Under the pieces are notes generated by a model. The model ran no database searches. It was not told the origin of the DNA and saw only the letters and a program-made list of their open reading frames with translations. From NCBI GenBank assembly GCA_963674945.2, contig CAXXWQ010000003.1, positions 800,001 through 864,000 of the forward strand: a stretch of 64,000 nt of DNA. Reading direction: 5' to 3'. The position numbers were made by a program, and so were the translations under genes. This DNA is from an uncultured Desulfosarcina sp. GTDB lineage: Bacteria > Desulfobacterota > Desulfobacteria > Desulfobacterales > Desulfosarcinaceae. The number at the start of each line of letters is the position of its first letter. Positions within the stretch are counted from its first letter, which is position 1. Shown here piece after piece: positions 1-9,123 of this stretch.

Positions 1-211
1 GTTCGGCGGGACCCCCTCCAACTTGAGCTACTCGTTTCTCGAAGAGGGTCGAATCGAGGTCATCTCCGGTGTTAACCTGCCGATCCTGATCCGAGCGGCC
101 AGCGCCAGAAAGAACCAGACATTGTCGGAGTTGGCCGCCAATCTCGAAGCATTTGGCAAGAAAAGCATATCCCTGGCCAGCGGTATTCTGAAAGGTAACA
201 AAAGAGGATAA
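1..211 (+). CDS. PTS system IIA component, mannose/fructose family (5'-partial)
   Basis: Frame is open from the window edge: FGGTPSN...ISGVNLPILI, the EIIA-Man signature. Confidence 0.85.
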   Translation, partial: FGGTPSNLSYSFLEEGRIEVISGVNLPILIRAASARKNQTLSELAANLEAFGKKSISLASGILKGNKRG

Positions 212-384
212 TCCATTCGATCCATGGCATCGGATCCATTGTCGCCATTTGCTTCAAGTCAGCCCGATTCATACATAATGGATGTAGATCCAATTCCTTT
301 TCTCGCCCAATGTCGGTCAGAGGTCCAACGAACATGAAACGAAAGTACCATTGACCCCTAACGCTATCCATGCAAGGAGGGAAT

Positions 385-1389
385 ATGAGCATAAAAATCG
401 GCATCAATGGATTTGGCAGAATCGGTCGCGTCGTATTTCGAGCGGCAATGGGCCACCCGGAGGTCGAAGTCGTTGCCATTAACGATCTGACCGATGCGGC
501 GACCATGGCGCACCTTTTGAAGTACGATTCCGTCCATAAGCAACTCGATATGGATATTACGGCAAAGGACGGTGCCATCGAAGTCGATGGGAAATCCATT
601 GCGTATACGGCCATCAAGGATCCGGAAAAATTGGCCTGGAAGGAATACGGCGTCGATATCGCCTGTGAATGCACCGGTCTTTTTCGAAACCGGGAAAGCG
701 CAACCAAGCACCTGGACGCCGGTGCACGAAAAGTGATCATCTCCGCACCGGCGCAGGATCCGGACATCACCATCGTAATGGGCGTCAATGCCAACAAATA
801 CGATCCCAAACAGCATCACATCATCTCCAACGCCTCTTGCACAACCAACTGCCTAGCACCGGTGGCAAAGGTGCTTTTGGAGAATTTCGGTATCCAGAGC
901 GGTTTGATGACGACCATTCATTCGTATACAGGTGACCAGCGCCTTCTGGACTTTCCCCACAAGGATCTTCGTCGTGCCAGGGCCGCCGCATTGTCCATGA
1001 TCCCCACCACCACCGGTGCGGCAAAGGCGGTGTCATTGGTTCTGCCCGAATTGGAAGGGAAATTGAACGGTCTGGCGATCCGCGTACCCACACCCAACGT
1101 CTCCATCGTCGATGTGGTGGTCAACGTGGAAAAAACCGGCGTCACCAATACCGATGTCAACGAAGCATTGAAAGAAGCCTCCGAAGGTTCCCTGTCGGGA
1201 ATTCTGGGGTACAGCGAACTGCCGCTGGTCTCCTCGGATTTCAATGGCTGTCCGTTGTCCTCCATCGTCGATGCACAGACGACCTATGTCGTAGGCAACT
1301 TGGTGAAAGTGCTTTCCTGGTACGATAATGAAAGTGGATACTCCAACCGAATGGTAGACCTGGCCGCCATGATCGGAAAAAATCTGTAG
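385..1389 (+). CDS. gap: Glyceraldehyde-3-phosphate dehydrogenase type I
   Basis: GINGFGRIGR, ASCTTNCL and WYDNE motifs; AGGAGG RBS before ATG 385. Confidence 0.99.
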   Translation: MSIKIGINGFGRIGRVVFRAAMGHPEVEVVAINDLTDAATMAHLLKYDSVHKQLDMDITAKDGAIEVDGKSIAYTAIKDPEKLAWKEYGVDIACECTGLFRNRESATKHLDAGARKVIISAPAQDPDITIVMGVNANKYDPKQHHIISNASCTTNCLAPVAKVLLENFGIQSGLMTTIHSYTGDQRLLDFPHKDLRRARAAALSMIPTTTGAAKAVSLVLPELEGKLNGLAIRVPTPNVSIVDVVVNVEKTGVTNTDVNEALKEASEGSLSGILGYSELPLVSSDFNGCPLSSIVDAQTTYVVGNLVKVLSWYDNESGYSNRMVDLAAMIGKNL

Positions 1390-1421
1390 AAGCCTTCTAA
1401 CAAAAGGAGAAGATAAAACCC

Positions 1422-2183
1422 ATGAGCAGTCGAATTCCATTGATTGCAGGGAACTGGAAGATGCACAAGACGGGTGCACAGGCCGTCGAAGCGGCCCAAC
1501 GGTTGAAGGCCCTGATCCAGGGCTGTGAGAATGTGGAAGTGATGATTGCCCCAACCTTCACCTCCCTGTACCAGGTGGCCCAAGTCATTAAAGACAGCGC
1601 CATCGGCTTGGGTGCCCAGAATCTGTATTGGGAAAAACAAGGCGCCTTCACCGGTGAGATTTCTTCGGAAATGCTTGTGGACGCGGGTTGCAGCCATGTG
1701 ATCATCGGCCATTCCGAACGCCGGCAGCTATTTGGTGAGACCGATGCAACCGTGAATCTGAAGATCAGGGCCGCCCTTTCGGATCGTCTGACGCCGGTTA
1801 TCTGTATCGGTGAATCGGAAACGGAACGGGATGCCGGGGACACGCTATCTGTACTTGACAAACAGGTTCGAGATGGTCTAAAAGATTTTGTTTCAAGTGA
1901 CCTTACCGGTATCATCGTTGCTTATGAGCCGGTATGGGCCATTGGAACCGGAAAAACGGCGACCCGGGAACAAGCCCAGGAAGCCCATCAGTTCATCCGG
2001 TCCCTGCTTGAGACGCTGTTTGGAAAGCCATTTGCCGAAACCGTTCGCATCCTCTACGGCGGAAGCGTAAAACCGGATAATGTCAAGGCACTCATGGAGA
2101 TGCCGGACGTCGATGGTGCCCTCGTCGGCGGTGCCAGCCTGGATCCCGAAACGTTCAGCAAATTGGTTTTTTTTGATAACTGA
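1422..2183 (+). CDS. tpiA: Triosephosphate isomerase
   Basis: AGNWKM, IGHSERR, AYEPVWAIGTG, YGGSVK motifs. Confidence 0.99.
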   Translation: MSSRIPLIAGNWKMHKTGAQAVEAAQRLKALIQGCENVEVMIAPTFTSLYQVAQVIKDSAIGLGAQNLYWEKQGAFTGEISSEMLVDAGCSHVIIGHSERRQLFGETDATVNLKIRAALSDRLTPVICIGESETERDAGDTLSVLDKQVRDGLKDFVSSDLTGIIVAYEPVWAIGTGKTATREQAQEAHQFIRSLLETLFGKPFAETVRILYGGSVKPDNVKALMEMPDVDGALVGGASLDPETFSKLVFFDN

Positions 2184-2207
2184 TCGATCCGTAAGGAACG
2201 GAGACCG

Positions 2208-2558
2208 ATGTACATATTGCTAATTATCATTCACGTGGTCGTGTGCATTGCCCTGATCATGATCGTTTTGCTGCAATCCGGCAAGGGAGCCGACATGGGT
2301 GCTGCCTTCGGAGGCGGCTCCAGCCAGACCCTTTTCGGCAGTACCGGTGCATCGACCTTTCTGAGCAAGGCAACGACCTTCGCTGCTGTCGTTTTCATGC
2401 TCACCTCGCTTATACTTGCCTATTTGTCCGGTGGCAAAGTCATCAAATCGGTCGTTTCGGACGTTCCTGCACCCGTCGAGCAGCCGGCAGCGACCGATCA
2501 AGAAGTCCCGCCGACTCCGCAGCAACAACAGGAGGATACCCAATCGCAATCAGAGTGA
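2208..2558 (+). CDS. secG: Preprotein translocase subunit SecG
   Basis: VLLQSGKGADMGAAFGGG motif, two TM helices, conserved tpiA-secG-tRNA-Leu synteny. Confidence 0.97.
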   Translation: MYILLIIIHVVVCIALIMIVLLQSGKGADMGAAFGGGSSQTLFGSTGASTFLSKATTFAAVVFMLTSLILAYLSGGKVIKSVVSDVPAPVEQPAATDQEVPPTPQQQQEDTQSQSE

Positions 2559-2573
2559 GAACTTCGTTTATAT

Positions 2574-2660
2574 GCCGAGGTGGTGGAATTTGGTAGACAC
2601 GCTATCTTGAGGGGGTAGTGGCCAACGGTCGTGCGGGTTCAAGTCCCGCCCTCGGCACCA
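2574..2660 (+). tRNA. tRNA-Leu (GAG)
   Basis: GCCGAGG/CCTCGGC acceptor stem, anticodon arm CTATC-TTGAGGG-GGTAG, long variable arm, GGTTCAAGT T-loop, encoded CCA. Confidence 0.97.
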
Positions 2661-2670
2661 CAGATAAATA

Positions 2671-2709
2671 AAGGGTTTTGGAAAGAATCATCTTCCAGAA
2701 CCCTTTTTT
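2671..2709 (+). terminator. Intrinsic terminator after the tRNA
   Basis: AAGGGTTTTGGAA...TTCCAGAACCCTT hairpin followed by a T run. Confidence 0.75.
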
Positions 2710-3145
2710 AATTGGTTTTACAGAGATCGGCATTTGTATTTCCTTGTCTGACAAGGGTTAAAACCCCTATCGTACTTCAACATTAACCGACTCCGGAAAC
2801 GTCTCCGGAAACGGCATTCTCAACCCATTCCGAGAACATTGTTACTCATCCGCCCCAGGACATTCCCGATTAGATCAGTTATCTGCCTTTTAGTATCTCT
2901 GTCTTACCCCAGATTCCCAACATCGAAATTGAATCACATTTAGGTCATCCACGAAGTGTCATGCGATGAGCATTGTATTCCTGCTCATCAATATCCTTGA
3001 GTTTTATAAGAACGGAAAGTATCTATGAAATATTTATATTTATAAAGGTCGGTATTCCCATCCGCCTTTCGGCGGACCCAGTGGTTTAGCGGTCACCTCA
3101 TTTTTATTCTATAAAGAGCCTTTATTTTTATCATATCTAAGGGTT

Positions 3146-4858
3146 ATGGAAATTCAGATGTTCCCCCTGCTCTTGACCATAGGTGTTCTGTATATTTTCG
3201 CAATCGGCGTTGGCCGCCTGAGCGCCGCTTTGGGAATTCCCCGCGTCACCGGATACCTTTTGGTCGGTCTGGCGACGGGCCCTTATACCGGTGAGATTTT
3301 AGGGTTGCCCGCTATCGTTACAAAGGCACAACTTGCCACACTTTCCCCGCTGCATGATATGATTCTCAGCTTGATTGTATTTACCATCGGCGGCAGCTTC
3401 CGCTTGAAAACCATTCGGAAAATGGGATCGAGGCTATTTCGTCTCAGTGCATTTGAAATCGGTTTGAGCGCACTTCTTGTCTGGTTGGGGACCTTGTTAA
3501 TGGGAGTATCGCCGCTGGAAGCAGGCTTCCTTTCCGTGATGGCGATCACCACTGCTCCGGCCGCCACCCAAATGGTAATGCGCGAATATCAATCGCGGGG
3601 ATCACTGACCGACACCATTCTGCCGCTCATCGGTATCAACAATCTATTGTCGATCATCGCATTCATATTGCTGAAACATTACGGATTATCCACTTCCCCG
3701 TCATTTTGGAAAACGGTGATCCAACTTTTGGGTCCTCTCGGACTGGGTGTCCTTGCTGGAACTTTTATCGCTGTCATGGATCAGCGTTTCACCCGTCAGG
3801 TGGAACGACAAATGCTGGTATTGGGGGCTGTTGCCCTTGCCACCGGTGCAGCTTCGTATTTCCATTTATCAGCTATGCTGAGCGTCCTGGTCGCCGGCGT
3901 CGTTGCCGTGAACACCGCCCCCCACGGCCCGCGAATGCTCGAAGAACTATCGGGAATCGATTATCCATTTTATGTGCTGTTTTTCATCATGGCCGGAGCA
4001 GAACTCCATCTCGAAGCCCTTTTCCACATGGGAGTCATCGGTTTGGTTTATATAGTTGCACGAAGCGCGGGAAAATTCATCGGATGCCGGACAGGGGCCA
4101 GGGCGGCTGGGATGAACATAACCATCAGAAACTGGCTGGGCCCAGCCATGCTGGCACAAGCCGGCCTGGTAATCGGTTTATCCAATGTTTTGGCGACGGA
4201 GTGGCCGGGTCCGGGCAAGACTATACAGACGTTGATCCTGGCGTCGGTGGTGGTGTTCGAGATGGTTGGCCCCCTGCTTACCCGCACTTCGCTGGTCAAT
4301 GCCGGTGAGATAACGGTTCTGAATCTACTAGGTAAGCGCAGTCCGGTAGGCTATGGCGATGGATTGCGGAGTGTCTTCAGCGAATTTGTACGATCCATGG
4401 GCATCTCCCCCATTGCAGGACAGAAGCTGCCTACGGATATCCGGGTGTCTCACATCATGCGCCGCAACGTGGAAGTTTTATCGCATAGGGCGCCTTTTGA
4501 CGAAGTGGTTAAAACCCTTGGTCATTCCGGCTATGATAGCGTACCAGTGGTCAATGACAACAATGAGCTCGTCGGGGTTGTGAAATACGCTGATGTTGCG
4601 GACACCCTTTTCGACCCGTGCTTACACGATATAGTTGTGGCGGCCGAGTTAGCCACTGACAATTTCTTAAAACTAACTCCGGAAGATACCCTCCAAGCGG
4701 CTATACTCAAACTGAAAAATAATCCGCAGGCTACGTTCCTGCTGGTAGTGGCAAAGGATAACCCCTCTATGTTATTGGGTATTGTGAGCCACAACGATAT
4801 ACTAACAGCCAAACTGCATCAGCCCAAGCCGCCAACCACCTGCAATCTGGAAGGCTAA
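3146..4858 (+). CDS. Cation:proton antiporter (CPA2/Kef-like) with C-terminal CBS pair
   Basis: Many TM segments, PRVTGYLLVG, TAPAAT, FFIMAGAELH, QAGLVIGL motifs; CBS motifs (VPVVND...LVGVV). Confidence 0.9.
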   Translation: MEIQMFPLLLTIGVLYIFAIGVGRLSAALGIPRVTGYLLVGLATGPYTGEILGLPAIVTKAQLATLSPLHDMILSLIVFTIGGSFRLKTIRKMGSRLFRLSAFEIGLSALLVWLGTLLMGVSPLEAGFLSVMAITTAPAATQMVMREYQSRGSLTDTILPLIGINNLLSIIAFILLKHYGLSTSPSFWKTVIQLLGPLGLGVLAGTFIAVMDQRFTRQVERQMLVLGAVALATGAASYFHLSAMLSVLVAGVVAVNTAPHGPRMLEELSGIDYPFYVLFFIMAGAELHLEALFHMGVIGLVYIVARSAGKFIGCRTGARAAGMNITIRNWLGPAMLAQAGLVIGLSNVLATEWPGPGKTIQTLILASVVVFEMVGPLLTRTSLVNAGEITVLNLLGKRSPVGYGDGLRSVFSEFVRSMGISPIAGQKLPTDIRVSHIMRRNVEVLSHRAPFDEVVKTLGHSGYDSVPVVNDNNELVGVVKYADVADTLFDPCLHDIVVAAELATDNFLKLTPEDTLQAAILKLKNNPQATFLLVVAKDNPSMLLGIVSHNDILTAKLHQPKPPTTCNLEG

Positions 4859-4957
4859 CTTTCGATATACAATCCTTGGGGCATATATGGGATTTACCCT
4901 AAAATTTTACACTCAAATGTTTATCAAAAACGATCACGGTACTATCACAAAGGCCAT

Positions 4958-5347
4958 TCAATGGACCTCACTCCCGGTAACCCGGCGCATGACGTTACCA
5001 ATGATATCCGTTACCAACCTTTTGGTCTTTATATCCTGACTCATTTCATCAAGTAATTCGTTCAGAAATTCAACGTCAGTGGTCCCGTCAATTTCAGTCC
5101 GGTCTTTATTTTCCCTTGGAACTAGAACATCCCTACAATTCAGACTATAAAAAGCATGTATACGTCCCTTCGTTCGAATGATCTTTTGTACCTTTCGAAG
5201 CGCCTCATCGTATTCTTTTCCGGGGCGTATTCCATCCGGGTAACAAACTTCGACTTCGGCAGCCAACATTGAAATAAGGTTTTCGTAAAATTCAGTCCTT
5301 TGCTTTGGATTGAAATCAACCAATTTTTGAATCATGGAGCTATTCAA
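4958..5347 (-). CDS. Hypothetical protein downstream of the par pair
   Basis: 129-aa ORF, co-oriented and closely spaced with the RHH gene. Confidence 0.6.
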   Translation of the reverse strand: MNSSMIQKLVDFNPKQRTEFYENLISMLAAEVEVCYPDGIRPGKEYDEALRKVQKIIRTKGRIHAFYSLNCRDVLVPRENKDRTEIDGTTDVEFLNELLDEMSQDIKTKRLVTDIIGNVMRRVTGSEVH

Positions 5348-5360
5348 CTGTCTGTTCCTT

Positions 5361-5606
5361 TCAGCCGATCAACCTTTTCAACTCATCCCCAATAGCATTC
5401 TCCAAATGTTCCATTATGAAGCTGTGGATACTGTGTGGCGTATTTTCCGCAATGTATTGAAGTTTCATATGGGTCGGTTCGGTCAATCGAAGATTGAATG
5501 ATTTAATGACCCGCTCATCTGCCAATTCCCAAGGCATGTTTGATTTGCCCTGGATAAACCGTTCTTCTGATGAAGAACCCTTTTTTAAGGAGGGAGTTTT
5601 TTTCAT
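5361..5606 (-). CDS. Ribbon-helix-helix protein (ParG-like centromere-binding partner)
   Basis: KSFNLRL beta strand plus two helices; overlaps the parA stop by 4 bp. Confidence 0.7.
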   Translation of the reverse strand: MKKTPSLKKGSSSEERFIQGKSNMPWELADERVIKSFNLRLTEPTHMKLQYIAENTPHSIHSFIMEHLENAIGDELKRLIG

Positions 5607-6238
5607 GAAAAAACCTCATTGTGAAGGGAAAGAATTTCAGTTTTAGCCTTTATGTCATCCATTTCGTAAACAGATAAACCATCCTTTGCCGCCTTTCGAA
5701 ATGCAATTCTATCCCTGATTACAATCGAGGACAGAACCAAGTTCTTGAAATCCTTTAAATATTCTGATGTCTCTGCGATCTCATTTACCTTGGGATGCGT
5801 CGAAGCCAGATTCAGAAACGCAAAAGCTTGAAGTCCATCATTATATATATGTGCCTCCTCCACCATCTGATCGATTTTCTCGACGGTCCACACATCGAAT
5901 TGACTGGGACGGATCGGCATATAAAACTTGTCCGCGGCTAACATCGAAGACCGCAGCTCGACGGAATCCTGGCCACCGGCATCGATAATGATTGTTTGAA
6001 ATTTTAAAGATAGATCGCCAAGCTCTCGATGAATCTTGTTTCCGGTTTTTCGAAGACAGGGAACCCGAGTCAGTTTTTCGTTTTCATCTCGGGTGATTGC
6101 CCAGTAGGTAGCCGTTGCTTGGTTGTCGGTATCCAACAACAAGACGTCCTGGCCTAAAATGGAGTGAACTGCAGCTAAATTTGTTGCGATCGTGGATTTT
6201 CCGGTACCGCCCTTTTCGCCACCGACAAGGATGATCAT
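5603..6238 (-). CDS. parA: Short (type Ib) ParA partition ATPase
   Basis: Deviant Walker A KGGTGKST, LDTDNQ, IIIDAG, PIRPSQFD; 211 aa with no N-terminal HTH. Confidence 0.92.
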   Translation of the reverse strand: MIILVGGEKGGTGKSTIATNLAAVHSILGQDVLLLDTDNQATATYWAITRDENEKLTRVPCLRKTGNKIHRELGDLSLKFQTIIIDAGGQDSVELRSSMLAADKFYMPIRPSQFDVWTVEKIDQMVEEAHIYNDGLQAFAFLNLASTHPKVNEIAETSEYLKDFKNLVLSSIVIRDRIAFRKAAKDGLSVYEMDDIKAKTEILSLHNEVFS

Positions 6239-6382
6239 TCAGTGCCCTTTCATATGGTATGATACCATTTCATTTCGATCTGTATCATTCCAAGGTATTC
6301 GTGTCAACTATTGGAGTTTGTAGGAAAATTTAGTCGGTTAACTCATAAGGATGGTATTGTTAAGCTCGGGTTGCATATGGGG

Positions 6383-7534
6383 CTACACGAGTCCGGCAAA
6401 GAAACGATGGGCGGGACAGACACGGATTCCGTCGCGATCGGTCCGGTCATAACCGTCCCCGAGATACAGTTGAACGGCGTCGGTTTCCGGAAAGCGGGTT
6501 TTAAGGTAGCGCAAAGCGCCGGAAACGGCTTTCTCGCTCTGTTTGCACTCCACGAAAAGGATCGGCCGACCGTTTTCCGTCACCACGAAATCGACTTCGC
6601 GCCGATCCACATCCCTGAAATAACGCAACTCAATGTCACGTGCCTGGATGTCCTGCATAAAAAAGGACCATTTCAGAAGGTGGCAGGCCGTCAGGTTCTC
6701 GAACCGGGGGCCGGAGTTAGGCACAACGCACCAGTCCAGGTGATAATGTTTGGCCTCTTTCTTTACCGCACGGATGTGCGGGGCGCCAAATGGATAAAGC
6801 CTGAATACCATGTAAAGGTTCTCCAGCATGGTGATCCAGCGTGAGACCGTTTGATGGGCCACCTGCATGTCCTCGCGTAGAGCGTTGATGGAAAGCGGGG
6901 AGCCAACCAGGGCGGGGAGCCGCAGCACCATCTCTTCGATTGCGCCCACATCCTGGATGTTCTCAAGGTCCAGCAGGTCTCCTGTGATCACTCGCGTACG
7001 ATAATCCCGGCTCCATCGCCGGGTTTCCATCTCCGATTGCAGCGAGAAGGGTTCGGGGAACCCGCCGTAAGTCATTAGGGCGTCAACCGTCGATGGGGTG
7101 GCTATACCCAGCTCGGCCAGGCTCAAGGGCATCAGGCGGTAAAAGTGATAGCGCCCCTGCAGTGAATCGCCGCCCCTTCGGAAGTGGTCCAGCCGGGCGC
7201 TGCCGGTCACCAGCACCGATATTTCATGTCCGCGCTTGTCGTAAAGTCCTTTTACCACCTGTCGCCAGCGGCGGTATTTGTGGATCTCATCGAGAATCAG
7301 CAGGCCCGGCGCAGTGGGAAACTGTTCCAGAATAATCTGTTCACGGTCCCTGGCGGCGTCCCAGTTCAGGTACCGTTCTTCCACCTGGCAGCTTGTTTTG
7401 TCGCACAAATGCTTGGCCAGCGTGGTTTTGCCGGACTGGCGCGGCCCGCCGATGAAGACCATTTTGCGCTTCAGGTCCTCAATGACCGATGTTTCGATGT
7501 ATCGCTCTATATATCCTTCCATTTTGTACCCCAT
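6383..7534 (-). CDS. AAA_14 ATPase with DUF4143 domain
   Basis: GPRQSGKTT, ILDEIH, VTGSA, SLQGR, YGGFPE, REVDFV...ECK motifs. Confidence 0.9.
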   Translation of the reverse strand: MGYKMEGYIERYIETSVIEDLKRKMVFIGGPRQSGKTTLAKHLCDKTSCQVEERYLNWDAARDREQIILEQFPTAPGLLILDEIHKYRRWRQVVKGLYDKRGHEISVLVTGSARLDHFRRGGDSLQGRYHFYRLMPLSLAELGIATPSTVDALMTYGGFPEPFSLQSEMETRRWSRDYRTRVITGDLLDLENIQDVGAIEEMVLRLPALVGSPLSINALREDMQVAHQTVSRWITMLENLYMVFRLYPFGAPHIRAVKKEAKHYHLDWCVVPNSGPRFENLTACHLLKWSFFMQDIQARDIELRYFRDVDRREVDFVVTENGRPILFVECKQSEKAVSGALRYLKTRFPETDAVQLYLGDGYDRTDRDGIRVCPAHRFFAGLV

Positions 7535-7632
7535 CTTAAATTACACGCGTGTGTTTTAGGATGGATGTAAATTAACTCGCGGATTTAAGATATGTCAAAT
7601 GATAATTCATCCATTGCTGGATAAGACGGGTT

Positions 7633-7761
7633 GCCCTTTTCACCGCCGATAAGGATGATCATTCAATACCCTTTCATATGGTATGATACCATTCCGATCC
7701 GATTTGTATCATCCGAATCTATTCCGGTCAAATGTTGGAGTTTTTGAGATAATTTAATCGG
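7633..7761 (-). pseudogene. Diverged duplicate of the parA promoter and first 10 codons
   Basis: Colinear with 6209-6337; encodes MIILIGGEKG, then similarity stops. Confidence 0.85.
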
Positions 7762-8113
7762 CCAATTCATGAACTCCATGAACGGGGAAGGTCCTGACAG
7801 TCCGGCTGCATCATTTTTCCTTTGCGTGCTCATAAAGCGATCATATGTGGATAAGTTACTGGCTGTCATGACATAGGGAATATTTGTCGCAACACAAAAC
7901 AGCGTATCCCCTTCTCTCTTTCTTAATGGCGGCTTAGTCAATGGACGAAAGCAATTTGACAAACAGGCGGCTAAATATCAATTTAACCAATATTATCTCG
8001 TCTGATTGTTAAATAACCTAAAAAGATCTGAGTTTAAATAGATTTGACTTATTTGATAGATAAGGCTAATTTTATTGATATCATATCTAACAAACGTCAA
8101 ATAGGACCATTCA

Positions 8114-8920
8114 ATGAAAATGGATGAATTCCTGCAGCAACATGCCGTATTTACCACGAAAGAACTGGACCGCTTCCTGTCCGCAAGGGGGTCGGGCAAT
8201 CCTAATACCCGCGGGTCGCTGCTGACCTACTATCGTAAAAAGGGGCGCATCATACCGATCCGACGGGGCCTGTATGCAACGGTGCGGATAGGCAGCGATC
8301 CGGCATCGAGCCCAGTGGACCCCTACTTGGTGGCTGCCAAGCTGACCCTGGACGCTGTGCTCGCTTACCATTCTGCCCTGGAGTTTCACGGCAAGGCGTA
8401 CTCGGTTCACACAAGTCTGTACTATATATCAGCGACCAAATCCACGCCGCTGACCTTCCAGGGCCATGAATTCGTGCGTGCTCCGGTGCCTCTGGCCTTG
8501 CAGGCCAAGGGCGAGGAGATGTTCGGCGTTATCCAGCGCAACCGTTCCGGTGTGAACCTGCGCATCACCAACCTTGAAAGAACCTTGGTGGACGTTCTGG
8601 ACCGACCAGACTTGAGCGGCAGTTGGGAAGAGATATGGCGGTCCTTGGAATCAATAGAATTCTTCGACATAGATCAGGTCATCGCCTATGTCCTTTTTCT
8701 TGAGAATGCAACCACGGCCGCCAAGGTGGGGTTCTTTTTGGACCAGCATAGAGAGGTATTAATGGTTGAGGATGTTCACCTGGAAACTTTGCGAAGGTTA
8801 CGTCCACGTCAACCCCACTATTTTGTGCGTGGCAAACGCAATGATTGCCGGTTGGTCGGGGACTGGAACCTGATGATCCCGGTGGAGATACTGAACAGAT
8901 CCTGGGAGGAGGTGCTGTGA
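8114..8920 (+). CDS. abiEi: Type IV TA antitoxin, AbiEi family
   Basis: N-terminal wHTH with IRRGLY, LAYHSALEFHG, ITNLERTLVD motifs. Confidence 0.85.
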   Translation: MKMDEFLQQHAVFTTKELDRFLSARGSGNPNTRGSLLTYYRKKGRIIPIRRGLYATVRIGSDPASSPVDPYLVAAKLTLDAVLAYHSALEFHGKAYSVHTSLYYISATKSTPLTFQGHEFVRAPVPLALQAKGEEMFGVIQRNRSGVNLRITNLERTLVDVLDRPDLSGSWEEIWRSLESIEFFDIDQVIAYVLFLENATTAAKVGFFLDQHREVLMVEDVHLETLRRLRPRQPHYFVRGKRNDCRLVGDWNLMIPVEILNRSWEEVL

Positions 8921-9123
8921 TCTTCTCGCCAGAAGAAGTTTTGCCCATCGCAGAGTCCACCGGATTCCGGGCGGAGATGATCGAAAAAGTGCTCCACCTG
9001 CTCAATCTTCTGGATAAATTAAACCTTCACCCGATATTAAAAGGCAATTGGGTTTTGAAGGGAGGCACGGCCTTAAACCTTTTTTTGTTCAATCTTCCCC
9101 GCTTATCGGTGGACATCTTTGAA
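8917..9123 (+). pseudogene. abiEii: AbiEii nucleotidyltransferase toxin, 3'-truncated at the CRISPR array
   Basis: GTG start overlaps the abiEi stop; LKGGTALNLF...PRLSVDI runs straight into the terminal repeat. Confidence 0.88.

Noticed and set aside
7846..7854. Perfect DnaA box TGTGGATAA near the parA duplicate
   Set aside because: Single box; one or two are expected by chance (another lies inside hicB)
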